From the NCBI GenBank assembly GCA_046290465.1, contig JBKAGP010000001.1:1856001-1920000 (forward strand): 64,000 nucleotides of DNA. The letters are read 5' to 3'. Position 1 is the first letter of the stretch, and every line of letters starts with the position of its first letter. The translations under genes and the position numbers were made by a program. The notes below the pieces were generated by a model, which was not told where the DNA came from, searched no databases, and was given only the letters and a program-made list of their open reading frames with translations. Source of the stretch: Planctomycetota bacterium (GTDB lineage: Bacteria > Planctomycetota > UBA1135 > UBA2386). Below are positions 52,877-62,442 of this stretch, piece by piece.

Positions 52877-55072
52877 ATGTCGAAACCGTCCCCGCGCCTG
52901 AGTCGACGCCACCTGCTGGCGCTCGGCACGTTCCTGGTGCCGCTCACCGTGCTGGCGGTGCTCGGCTGGAACGAACTGCGCCGCAGCGGCGCGATGACCG
53001 AGGCGTCGCTGGCGCGTGAGGCGGAGCAGTTCCTGGCCAGCGCCAGCCAGGCGATCGAACAACGCATCGACCTCCAGGTGCCGGCCGCGCTGGCCGCGTC
53101 CGAACGCCGGCTCAACGACTACTCGCCGACGCGCACGACGATCCGGCTGCGCGAGGAGGACGGCATCGACGCCGTGCTCGACGTGCTGCTGCTGGACGAG
53201 CGCGGCGAACTGGAGTGGCCGACCCTGCCGCTCTACATCTACAGCCTGCCGCTGGCGCGCGAGCCCGAGACGTCCGGCACCGCGCAGAGCGGCGAGGGCT
53301 CCCGTTCGCGCTTCACCGACCTGGCCAAGGCCGAGGTGCTGATCGCCAACCGCCACCACGACCAGGCCATCGAACTGCTGCGCCGGTTCCTGTCGCAGAT
53401 CGAGGAGAGCCTGACGATCGACGACAGCGGCAGCTACTCGATCGACAACGTGCGCGAGGCCGAGGTCCACGCCCGCTTCCGGCTGGCGGCGCTGCTGCGC
53501 GCGGCGGGCGAGACCGAGGAGGCGCTGGCCGAGTTCCAGCGGGTGGTCAAGGCCACCGGTTCGTTCCAGGACTGGTCGCGACGGGTGCGCGAGATGCGGC
53601 AGTTCCAGCTGCTCGCGCAGAGCGTCGTCGCCGAGCTGGGCGACCCCGAGGAGCGCGTCGAGCTGATCCGCGCGATCGCCGAGAACGACTACTACTACCT
53701 GTCCGACGGCCTGACCGCCGCGATCGCGGGCCGCCTGGCGTCGACGTTCGTCGACACCGACCCGCGCCGGGCCGACGTCGACCGCTACCTGCTCGAGAAC
53801 GAGCAGCGCGTCGTGACCCGCGAGTTCGCCAGCTCGTTCGTCGGCTGGCAGCGTGGCCAGCTGCGCGCCCGCCTGCAGGGCATGCTCGCGCCGGCCGCGC
53901 TCGAGGTCGTGCCCGAAGAGCGCCTGATCACGCGCATCGAGGACTACCTGTCGCTGCTGGCCGTGCGCCCGCGCGCCAACGACCCGCGCATCGACTTTCG
54001 CGGCGCGTTCGTCGCGATCAACTTCGACCTCGCCGCGCTGCTGGAACCGGCGCTCGAGCCGTTCGTTCGCGCCGACGGCAACTTCGTGCTCGGCGTGACC
54101 GTGCCCGACGGCGGCGAGCTGGTGCCGACCCCGGACGACGTGCCGCGGGACTTCCTGCCGGCGGCGCTGATGACGCCGTCGGGACTGACGCTGCGCGCCT
54201 ACCCGGCCGACCCGGCGCGGATGATGGCCGAAGCGGACTCGGCGTCGTTCAAACGCACGCTGCTGGTGCTGGCGCTGTTCTTCACCGCGCTCGGCGGCGC
54301 GCTGTGGTCGTGGCGGTCGGTGACCCGCGAGGCCGAACTCGCCGCGCTCAAGATCGACCTGGTCTCGCGCGTGTCGCACGAGCTGAAGACGCCGCTGGCG
54401 CTGATCCGGATGTATGGCGAGACGCTCGGCATGCGGCGCGTTCGCGACGGCGAACAGGCCGCCGAGTTCGGCACGATCATCGCACGCGAGTCCGAGCGCC
54501 TGACGACGCTGATCCAGCGCATCCTCGACTTCTCGCGCCAGCAGGCCGGCACGCTGACCTACTCCGCGCAGCCGTACGACATCGGCGAACTGCTGCGCAC
54601 CACCGCCTACGCCTACGCGCCGCACCTCGAGGAGAAGGGCGTGTTCCTGGTCGACAGCCTGCCGCTCGGCATCACCGTCGTCTGTGACCAGGACGGCCTC
54701 GAGGGCGCGATCATCAACCTGCTCGAGAACGCGACCAAGTACGGCCAGGACGGCGTCGACGAGCACGAGGTCGAACTGCTGCTGCAGAGGGTCGGCGACC
54801 GGGCCGTCGTCGAGGTGCGCGACCGCGGCCGCGGCATCCCCGACGGCGAGCACGACCAGATCTTCGAGGGCTTCTACCGCGCCAGCAACAGCGGCGAGGT
54901 GCGCGGCGCCGGCCTCGGCCTCGGCATCGTGCAGCACTTCGCGCGCGCCCACGGCGGCGAGATCGAGGCGCTGCCGCGCGAGGGCGGTGGTACCATCATG
55001 CGACTCACGCTGCCGCTCGCCGGCCGTAGCAGCCCTGCCCTCGACGAGCATCCGAATCCCAAGTCCCCGTAG
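52877..55072 (+). CDS. Sensor histidine kinase with large periplasmic domain
   Basis: Two TM segments; SHELKTPL, NLLENATKY, DRGRGI, GAGLGL. Confidence 0.93.
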   Translation: MSKPSPRLSRRHLLALGTFLVPLTVLAVLGWNELRRSGAMTEASLAREAEQFLASASQAIEQRIDLQVPAALAASERRLNDYSPTRTTIRLREEDGIDAVLDVLLLDERGELEWPTLPLYIYSLPLAREPETSGTAQSGEGSRSRFTDLAKAEVLIANRHHDQAIELLRRFLSQIEESLTIDDSGSYSIDNVREAEVHARFRLAALLRAAGETEEALAEFQRVVKATGSFQDWSRRVREMRQFQLLAQSVVAELGDPEERVELIRAIAENDYYYLSDGLTAAIAGRLASTFVDTDPRRADVDRYLLENEQRVVTREFASSFVGWQRGQLRARLQGMLAPAALEVVPEERLITRIEDYLSLLAVRPRANDPRIDFRGAFVAINFDLAALLEPALEPFVRADGNFVLGVTVPDGGELVPTPDDVPRDFLPAALMTPSGLTLRAYPADPARMMAEADSASFKRTLLVLALFFTALGGALWSWRSVTREAELAALKIDLVSRVSHELKTPLALIRMYGETLGMRRVRDGEQAAEFGTIIARESERLTTLIQRILDFSRQQAGTLTYSAQPYDIGELLRTTAYAYAPHLEEKGVFLVDSLPLGITVVCDQDGLEGAIINLLENATKYGQDGVDEHEVELLLQRVGDRAVVEVRDRGRGIPDGEHDQIFEGFYRASNSGEVRGAGLGLGIVQHFARAHGGEIEALPREGGGTIMRLTLPLAGRSSPALDEHPNPKSP

Positions 55073-55084
55073 GAACCCAATCCG

Positions 55085-55822
55085 TTGAGCACGTTGACCG
55101 ACACCCAGATCCTCGTCATCGAGGACGAACCCGACCTGCGCGCCGGCCTGCAGCACAACCTCGAACTCGAGGGCTACAAGGTCAGCGTCGCGGCGGACGG
55201 ACGCGAAGGACTGCGCAAGGCGCGCGAGGGCCAGGCGAGCCTGGTGCTGCTGGACCTGATGCTGCCGGAGATGCCGGGCCTCGAGGTCCTCAAGCATCTG
55301 CGCGACACCGGCCACGAGACGCCGATCATCATCATCTCGGCGAAGGGCCAGGACCGCGACAAGGTGCAGGGCCTCGAGCTCGGCGCCGACGACTACCTGA
55401 CCAAGCCGTTCGGTCTCAGCGAGCTGCTGGCGCGGATCCGCGCCGTGCTGCGCCGCACCAAGAGCGGTGCCAAGGCCGGCGCCGGCAAGGAGGCTTCGGT
55501 CCAGGGCGTGATGAAGTTCCCCAACCTGGTGGTCGACTGGCGCCGCTTCACGGTCACGCGCGACGACACCGAGGTGCAGCTGTCGCGCTACGAGGCCGAG
55601 ATCCTGCGCATGCTGATCGAGCACCGCGGCGAGGTCGTCAGCCGCCAGGACCTGCTGCGCAAGGTCTGGGGCTACGTGCACCTGCCGACCACGCGCACCG
55701 TCGACAACCACATCGCGCGCCTGCGCAAGAAGCTCGAGTCCGACGTCGAGAACCCGGTGCACGTCGTCACCGTGCACGGCCTCGGCTACCGGTTCGAGTC
55801 GCAGCTGCTGGAGGAAGAATGA
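55085..55822 (+). CDS. OmpR-family response regulator
   Basis: IEDE, LDLMLP, GADDYLTKPF, RTVDNHIARLRKK, GLGYRF. Confidence 0.94.
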   Translation: MSTLTDTQILVIEDEPDLRAGLQHNLELEGYKVSVAADGREGLRKAREGQASLVLLDLMLPEMPGLEVLKHLRDTGHETPIIIISAKGQDRDKVQGLELGADDYLTKPFGLSELLARIRAVLRRTKSGAKAGAGKEASVQGVMKFPNLVVDWRRFTVTRDDTEVQLSRYEAEILRMLIEHRGEVVSRQDLLRKVWGYVHLPTTRTVDNHIARLRKKLESDVENPVHVVTVHGLGYRFESQLLEEE

Positions 55823-56697
55823 GCCCCCGCGCGTTCGCCGTGCTGATCGCCGTCGCCGTGACCGTGGCCACCGCGAGCGCGCAGAGCGGGCGCGCGCGCA
55901 AGGTCCGCGAACGCCACCGCATCGCCACCGCGGTGCACCAGGCGTGGCTGCAGGAGAACCTCGACCTCGACTCGCGCGGCGCGATCCAGAGCTACGAGAA
56001 GCTGCGCCGCAACAGCCCGAAGTCGCGCCCCGAGCGCTGGATCGCGATCGCCCGGCTCGCCGAGCTCGGCCGCCTCGGCGTGATCCACCCCGAACCGGGC
56101 ACCGTGCCGATGCAGGCGCCGCCGGAGGTCCAGAAGGCGCTCGACCTGCTCGCGCAGCCGGTGCCGTGGCAGACGGTGATCACCAACCCGGAGGCTCCGG
56201 TCGACCTGCCGCGCCTGCGGCCGGCCACCGAGAACGTCGTGCGCTGGGGCCGCGACCAGATCGGCCCCGACGTGCAGACCCGCTGGAACATGCGCTGGCG
56301 CGGCCGCGACCGCTCGACCAGCGGCCGCAACCGCCGCCTCAACCGCGACGCCGCCTACACCCTGCTCGAGTTCGAACTGCAGTCCCCGACCAGCGCTGAA
56401 TCGCTGCGCGAGCTGATGTTCGTCGGCTGGAAGCCGCCGGTGCTCGAGGTCGGCGTCGAGGCCGCGCTGCAGCGCGCCGACGAACGCCTGCGCGAGCGCA
56501 TCGAGAGCGAGGGCTCGGGCCGCTTCCGCCGCCTCCTGCAGGCGCTGCAGACCCGCGTGCAGCAGCTCGCCGAGAACGACCCCAAGGACGCCCTCGCCCT
56601 GCTGATGCGCCTGCCGTTCCTCGCCGAGGAGCTGCTGCTCCCGAAGCAGGAAGCGTCCGAAGAGGCGCCGAAGGACCCGCCCGAAGACAAGCGCTGA
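55819..56697 (+). CDS. Hypothetical secreted protein
   Basis: ATGA-coupled to the regulator; signal peptide ASA|Q; host-like codon use. Confidence 0.7.
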   Translation: MSPRAFAVLIAVAVTVATASAQSGRARKVRERHRIATAVHQAWLQENLDLDSRGAIQSYEKLRRNSPKSRPERWIAIARLAELGRLGVIHPEPGTVPMQAPPEVQKALDLLAQPVPWQTVITNPEAPVDLPRLRPATENVVRWGRDQIGPDVQTRWNMRWRGRDRSTSGRNRRLNRDAAYTLLEFELQSPTSAESLRELMFVGWKPPVLEVGVEAALQRADERLRERIESEGSGRFRRLLQALQTRVQQLAENDPKDALALLMRLPFLAEELLLPKQEASEEAPKDPPEDKR

Positions 56698-56761
56698 CGG
56701 ACCTCGCTCCGCAGCTGACCACAACCAAGTGATCAGTCGAAGGAGCTGCCCCACAACGCAA

Positions 56762-56900
56762 AGAGGGCAGCGCAACGCGCTGCCCTCTCCGTGCGAGCGC
56801 AACGCGCTCGCCAACAGGATCGCCAACCGGATCGCCAGCAGGGAGATCGATGGCTGCGGGCGAGCGCCAGTGGCTCGCCCTGCGAGCCACTAGCGCTCGC
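56762..56900. repeat. Cluster of three hairpins between convergent genes (terminator or REP-like)
   Basis: agagggcagcgc-aac-gcgctgccctct; gcgagcgc-aac-gcgctcgc; 19-bp stem at 56860-56900 with one mismatch. Confidence 0.8.
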
Positions 56901-57327
56901 TCGGAACCATCTCGCCCGACTCGGGGTCGGTGCCGGTCTTGGCATCCGCGGCCCACGTGTCGAACCAGGTGCCCTGGTAGATGTCGAGCGGCATGACCTC
57001 CGGGCCGTAGGGGTGCAGCTCGGCGGCGCCGTAGAACAGGCAGAACGGCAGGTCGACCAGGTGGACGATGCCGTAGATGCCGTGCTCGAGCGCGTGGTAG
57101 AAGAACGTGAACGGGAACGCGGCGACCTGGACGGCCGAGCCGGAACCCAGACCTTCGCGCACGCTCTGCGACGTCGTGTAGCCGTCGGTCGCGCCGCCGT
57201 AGATCATCAGGACCGGCGTGCCGACGCCGAGCATGAGGTCCTTGCCGGCGCGGTTGAGCGTGCCGCAGGACGTGAAGGTCATGGCCGCGAGGGCGAAGAC
57301 GGAGAGCAGGGCTTGACGAGCGTTCAC
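56890..57327 (-). CDS. Hypothetical lipoprotein
   Basis: GTG start with GAGG upstream; lipobox-like FTSC. Confidence 0.7.
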   Translation of the reverse strand: MNARQALLSVFALAAMTFTSCGTLNRAGKDLMLGVGTPVLMIYGGATDGYTTSQSVREGLGSGSAVQVAAFPFTFFYHALEHGIYGIVHLVDLPFCLFYGAAELHPYGPEVMPLDIYQGTWFDTWAADAKTGTDPESGEMVPSER

Positions 57328-57612
57328 TCTGGTACCTCGGAGGGACGGTTCGATGCCGGGCGACAGGGAGCTGCACCGGTCATCGGAAGGGGATTCGAAG
57401 GGGCTGTCTCGACACGAGATGCAAGCGCGTCCCCGGCCCCCGGACAAGCCTGTCCAGGTAAAAACCAGGTGCCGGACGGCCATGGCACCGGCGGCGCGGC
57501 GCAATTCGGGGGCGCGGCCCGGCCTCGTCCCCCACCCCTGACGGCCGGCGCGGCGCTAGAGTCGCAGCCCCGCACTGCCGACAGGTTTCGGGCCAGAGAA
57601 GAAGAAGACCGC

Positions 57613-58509
57613 ATGCCGACCCGCCTCCCGACCTCCCGCTTCCCGGGCTCCTGCATCCCGGCCGCGCTATTGCTGGCGGCGACCACCGCGGCGCAGATCC
57701 CGACGCCGGAGCCGGCCCAGGTCGAGCCGACGCGCGAGCCGCGCCGCTACACGGGCATCTACGACGAGTCGATCTCCCGCGAGCTGTTCCGCGCCTGCGA
57801 CGAGAACAGCGACGACCGGCTCGACGTGTTCGAGACCGCCGACTCGTTCGACCTCCTGCCGTCGGCGCGCGACCACCGCGGCTTCGCGCGCTTCGACACC
57901 GATCGCGACGGCTTCGTGACCTGGCCCGAGTTCGACCAGCGGTTCCGCACCAGCCTCGACAACGGCGGCACCTTCCGGGTGCGCACCGCGCGGTCGTTCA
58001 CGATGCCGGAGGCGCCGCCGCAGAAGGAGACGCCGCTGCGGCAGTTCCTGCGCACGTTCGACGCCGACGGGGACGGCGCGCTGGCGCCGGCCGAGGTCGA
58101 GAAGCTGCTGGTCGGGACCGGCCTGCCGCCGACGCTGGCGGGGCCGCTGATGGCTTCGGACCTCGACGGGTCGGGCAGCATCGACGAGGCCGAACTGGCC
58201 CCGTGGTTCCAGCGGCTGCCGGTGGCAGCGCTGACTGCGGCGGCCGGCAACAGCCCGCTGCCGCAGCCGTGGTTCGACGGCGATCTCGACAAGGACGGCA
58301 CCATCGACGTCGACGAGCTGCGCGCGGTTCTGCGCGCGCTGGACCCGGGCCTGCTGCGCTGGGCCGCGAAGCTGCTCGAGAAGCTGGATGCCGACAAGGA
58401 CGGCAAGCTCGGCCGCGACGAACTGAACGCGTCGAAGACACCGACCGCGCCCGTCGGCGAGAAGCAAGCGGCGCCGACCACCCGGACGCCGCCCGGCCCC
58501 GCTCGCTGA
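57613..58509 (+). CDS. Secreted protein with six EF-hand motifs
   Basis: DENSDDRLDVFE, DTDRDGFVTWPE, DADGDGALAPAE, DLDGSGSIDEAE, DLDKDGTIDVDE, DADKDGKLGRDE. Confidence 0.88.
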   Translation: MPTRLPTSRFPGSCIPAALLLAATTAAQIPTPEPAQVEPTREPRRYTGIYDESISRELFRACDENSDDRLDVFETADSFDLLPSARDHRGFARFDTDRDGFVTWPEFDQRFRTSLDNGGTFRVRTARSFTMPEAPPQKETPLRQFLRTFDADGDGALAPAEVEKLLVGTGLPPTLAGPLMASDLDGSGSIDEAELAPWFQRLPVAALTAAAGNSPLPQPWFDGDLDKDGTIDVDELRAVLRALDPGLLRWAAKLLEKLDADKDGKLGRDELNASKTPTAPVGEKQAAPTTRTPPGPAR

Positions 58510-58574
58510 GCCACCAGACGGGCGTTGGCGGCCGAGCCCTGGCCAGCCAGGCACGTGTGCTATACGACGGTGGC

Positions 58575-60194
58575 ATGAGCAGCAGCCCGAGCCTGTCGTT
58601 CCGAAGCCTTTGCCTGCTGGCCGCGGCGGCGTGCACGACCCTCACCGCGCAGCGAGCGGAGCCGCCGCAGACGGTGGCCGAGTCGAGCAGCTACGAGCAG
58701 ACCTCGCGCGCCGCCGACGTCGAGCGCTTCCTCGACGCGTGCGTGCGGCTGCCGCACGGCGATCGCGTGTCGGTCCAGGTCGCCGGCAAGACGCACGAAG
58801 GCCGCGCGATGATGCTGGCCAAGGTCGCGCTGCCTGAGGCTGCCGAACGGCCGCGGCTGCGCGCGCTGGTGATCGGCAACATCCACGCCGGCGAGGTCGA
58901 GGGCAAGGAGGCGGTGCAGGAGCTGCTGCGGGAGTTCGCGCTCGGCCAGCACGAGCCGCTGCTGCAGCGCTGTGAGATCTGGTTCGTGCCGATCTACAAC
59001 GTCGACGGCAACGAGGCGGTCAAGGTCGGCAACCGCCGCGGCCAGAACGGCCCCGACGCCGTCGGCCAGCGCCCCAACGGCCAGGGCCTCGACCTCAACC
59101 GCGACTTCGTCAAGGCGGATGCGCCCGAGACCCGCGTGCTGCTGTCGCTGTTTCGCGAGTTCGACCCGCACCTGTTCGTCGACCTGCACACGACCAACGG
59201 CTCACACCACGGCTACCACCTGACCTACGCGCCGAGCCTCAACCCCAACGTCGACGCGGCGGTCGACCGGTTCACCCGCGGCATGCTCGAACGCACCCGC
59301 AAGAAGCTGCAGCGGCAGGGCGTCGAGACGTTCGACTACGGCAACTTCGAGACCCGCGACTGGGACGGCGGCGGCGCACCGAGTTCGCGTCGGGGCGAGC
59401 GCGGCTGGTACACCTACGACAGCCGCGCGCGCTACGGCATCAACTACTACGGCCTGCGCAACCGGGTCAGCGTGCTCAGCGAGGCCTACAGCTACGCCGA
59501 CTTCGAGACGCGCATCCGCGCGACCCGGGCGTTCGTGCTCGGGCTGCTGCACGACCTCGTCGACCACGAGCAGCAAGCGCGCGAGGCGATGGCCGCGGCC
59601 GATCGCCGCGTGACCGACGGGCGCGCGCCGGTGTGGTTCGGCACCGCGACGACGTTCGCAGATCCGGAGCGCCTGCCGGTGCTGGTCGGCAAGGTCGAGC
59701 GCGTCGACGGCGAGGGCGGCCGGCCGACCCGCTACGCGCGCGTCGACGAGAGTGCGCCGGAGGCGATGCGGGTCGTGCGTCGGTTTCGGGCGCAGCAGCA
59801 GCGGCGCCTGCCGGTCGCGTGGGCGGTGCTCGCCCCGACGCCCGAGGTCGTGCAGCGGCTGCAGTGGCACGGCGTGACGTTCCACGCGGTCGACGAGGCG
59901 ACGTCGCTGCGCGCGCGGCAGTTCGCGGTCGACAAGAAGCGCAAGCCGAAGCGTCCCTACCAGGGCCATCAGGCGCTGGTCCTCGAGGGCACGTGGCGGC
60001 CGGCGCGCGCGCACGACATCCCGCTCGGCACGCTGATCGTGCCGGCCGACCAACGCCTGGCCCGGGTCGCGGCGACGCTGCTGGAGCCGCTCAGCGAGGA
60101 CGGCCTGTCGACCTGGAACTTCTTCGAGGACCAGACCGACAAGACGTTCCCGGTGCTGCGCCTGCTCGAGCGCCCCGCGCGCGACGACGGCTGA
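58575..60194 (+). CDS. M14 zinc carboxypeptidase-family protein
   Basis: IHAGEVEG, YNVDG, LNRDF, DLH. Confidence 0.88.
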   Translation: MSSSPSLSFRSLCLLAAAACTTLTAQRAEPPQTVAESSSYEQTSRAADVERFLDACVRLPHGDRVSVQVAGKTHEGRAMMLAKVALPEAAERPRLRALVIGNIHAGEVEGKEAVQELLREFALGQHEPLLQRCEIWFVPIYNVDGNEAVKVGNRRGQNGPDAVGQRPNGQGLDLNRDFVKADAPETRVLLSLFREFDPHLFVDLHTTNGSHHGYHLTYAPSLNPNVDAAVDRFTRGMLERTRKKLQRQGVETFDYGNFETRDWDGGGAPSSRRGERGWYTYDSRARYGINYYGLRNRVSVLSEAYSYADFETRIRATRAFVLGLLHDLVDHEQQAREAMAAADRRVTDGRAPVWFGTATTFADPERLPVLVGKVERVDGEGGRPTRYARVDESAPEAMRVVRRFRAQQQRRLPVAWAVLAPTPEVVQRLQWHGVTFHAVDEATSLRARQFAVDKKRKPKRPYQGHQALVLEGTWRPARAHDIPLGTLIVPADQRLARVAATLLEPLSEDGLSTWNFFEDQTDKTFPVLRLLERPARDDG

Positions 60195-60213
60195 CGGGAG
60201 GGAAGGTCTGCTC

Positions 60214-60249
60214 CCGGAACCAGACTTGCGCACCGGAACCAGGCTTGCG
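60214..60249. repeat. 17-bp direct repeat (19-bp period)
   Basis: ccggaaccagacttgcg / ccggaaccaggcttgcg, between convergent stop codons. Confidence 0.8.
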
Positions 60250-60251
60250 AC

Positions 60252-62432
60252 TCAGGGGCGCTTACGGGGGCGGGGTTTGCCGGGGCTGGGCTTACCGGGG
60301 CTGGGCTTACCGGGGCGGGGCTTGCGGCGCTGTTGGGCGTCGCGGCTCGGTGGGGCGAGGTCGATCGGGTCGCCCTTCTGGGTGCGGCACAGGATCCGGC
60401 GCTCGCCCTCGATCTCGAGCGGACGTAGCACGACGCCGCGCATCAGCAGTTCGCGGGCCAGCTGGCGCGTGACGGTCAGGCCGCGGTACTGCTTCGGCAG
60501 CCGGTAGCCGCAGCCGTCCTTCCACTTCGAGCAGCCGTAGGCCTCGCGCCCCTCGATCACGTCGGCACCGCACAGCGGGCACGCGCCGAAGCCGTCGTGG
60601 CGCAAGACCGGCGACAGCCCTTCGTCGATCAACGAACGGATCATCGCCGCGATCTCCTGCATGAACGCCTCGCGCTCGCGCTTGCCGCGCTCGATCTCGC
60701 CGAGCTTCTGCTCCCAATCGCCGGTCAGCTCCGGCGACTTCAACACCGGGTCGGCGATGATCGCGATCAGGTAGCGGCCGAGGTCGGTGACCCGCAGCGC
60801 CTTCTTGTCGCGGCGGATGTAGCCGCGCGACAGCAGCGTCTCGACGATCGATGCGCGGGTCGCCGGCGTGCCGATGCCGCGCCCCTTCATCGCCTCGCGC
60901 AGCTGCTCGTCGTCGACCAGTTTGCCGCAGGTCTCCATCGCCGCCAGCAGCGTGTTCTCGGTGTAGGGCCGCGGCGGCTTGGTCTTGCCCTCGTGCAGCA
61001 CCGGCTGGTGCGGCCCCCGCTCGCCCTGCTCGAACGGCGGCAGCTCCTGCTTGTCGTCGTCGCCGTCGTCGGCCTTCTTCTTGCCGCGCGCCTTCGGCTT
61101 CCTGGCCTCCTTCGGCTCGAGCGCGCTCCAGCCAGGATCGGTGACCACGACGCCGCGAGCCCGGAACGGCACGTCGACCACCTTGGCGTGCGCGGTCGTC
61201 ACGTCCTGCTCGCGCGGGCCGAGGAACACCTGCACCAGCCGGGTTGCGACCGCATCGAACACCGCCCGGTGATCGCCGGACAGCGACTCGATCCGGCCGG
61301 TCGGCACGATCGCGTGGTGGTCGGTGATCTTGCCGTCGTCGAACACGCGCTTCGGCTTGCTGCGCGGGCCGCGTTCGCCCTCCGCCGCCTGCGACACGTA
61401 CTCGGCCAACAGCGCCAGCGCGTCCGGGTTCCACTGCCGCAGCGAGGCCAGCGTCGTGCGCACCTGGTCGACCATGTCGAGCGACAGGTGCCGGCTGTCG
61501 GTCCGCGGATAGGTCAGCACCTTCTTCTCGTAGAGCTCCTGCGCGACCGCCAGCGTGCGCGCCGCCGACAGGCCGTGGCGCAGGTTCATGTCGCGCTGCA
61601 GCTGGGTCAGGTCGTAGAGCAGCGGCGGCGGCAGCGACTCCTGCTTCTTCTCGACGCGCTCGATGACGAGGTCCTCGTCGGTGACCTTGTCGAGCAGTTC
61701 TTGCGCCGGCCCCTGCTCGCGGAAACGGTCGCCGGTGTACTTGAACAGCGCCTTGCGGTAGCTGGTGCGCAGTTCCCAGAACGGCCGCGCATCGAACACG
61801 CGGATCTCGTCGTCGCGCTCGGCGATCAGCGCCAGCACCGGGGTCTGCACACGACCGAGGCTCCACAGCACGCTGCCGCCGCCGTAGCGCACCGTGTAGG
61901 CGCGGGTCGCGTTGAGGCCGACGATCCAGTCCGCCTCGCTGCGCGAACGCGCGGCGTCGTGCAGGTTCTCGTAGTCGGCGCCCTCCTTCAGCTTGTCGAA
62001 GCCCTGCTTGATCGCCTGCTCGGTCAGCGAACTGAGCCACAGGCGCTTGTGCGGCCGTTCGGGGCAGCCCGCATACTCGAGGATGTAGCGGAAGATCAGC
62101 TCCCCCTCGCGGCCGGCGTCGGTCGCACACACCAGCTCGTCGGCTTCGCGACACAGCTCGGCGACACGGTCGAGCTGCGCCTTGCGGTCGCCGCCCTCGT
62201 CGACAGGCTTGAGCTCGAAGCGTGCCGGCACGAACGGCAGGCTCTCGAGCGACCAGCGCTTCAGCGACGGATCGTATTCGTCCGGCGTCTTCAGCGTCGC
62301 CAGGTGGCCGAGCGCCCACGTGATCCGCCAGCCGTTGCCCTCGAGGAATCCCTCGCGCCGCTGGTTCGCGCCCAGCACCTTGGCCAGGTCGCGCGCCACC
62401 GAGGGCTTCTCCGCCACCACTACGTTGACCAA
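60252..62432 (-). CDS. topB: DNA topoisomerase III (type IA)
   Basis: AEKPSVA, WALGHL, ATDAGREGE, GRVQTP, TYPRTD, GTPATRA; C-terminal CPLC..C..C zinc ribbon. Confidence 0.92.
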   Translation of the reverse strand: MVNVVVAEKPSVARDLAKVLGANQRREGFLEGNGWRITWALGHLATLKTPDEYDPSLKRWSLESLPFVPARFELKPVDEGGDRKAQLDRVAELCREADELVCATDAGREGELIFRYILEYAGCPERPHKRLWLSSLTEQAIKQGFDKLKEGADYENLHDAARSRSEADWIVGLNATRAYTVRYGGGSVLWSLGRVQTPVLALIAERDDEIRVFDARPFWELRTSYRKALFKYTGDRFREQGPAQELLDKVTDEDLVIERVEKKQESLPPPLLYDLTQLQRDMNLRHGLSAARTLAVAQELYEKKVLTYPRTDSRHLSLDMVDQVRTTLASLRQWNPDALALLAEYVSQAAEGERGPRSKPKRVFDDGKITDHHAIVPTGRIESLSGDHRAVFDAVATRLVQVFLGPREQDVTTAHAKVVDVPFRARGVVVTDPGWSALEPKEARKPKARGKKKADDGDDDKQELPPFEQGERGPHQPVLHEGKTKPPRPYTENTLLAAMETCGKLVDDEQLREAMKGRGIGTPATRASIVETLLSRGYIRRDKKALRVTDLGRYLIAIIADPVLKSPELTGDWEQKLGEIERGKREREAFMQEIAAMIRSLIDEGLSPVLRHDGFGACPLCGADVIEGREAYGCSKWKDGCGYRLPKQYRGLTVTRQLARELLMRGVVLRPLEIEGERRILCRTQKGDPIDLAPPSRDAQQRRKPRPGKPSPGKPSPGKPRPRKRP

Positions 62433-62442
62433 CCGGCGCCCC

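Noticed and set aside
60252..62432. topB as a marker of an ICE or plasmid
   Set aside because: No integrase, relaxase or T4SS genes nearby, and composition looks like the rest of the window.
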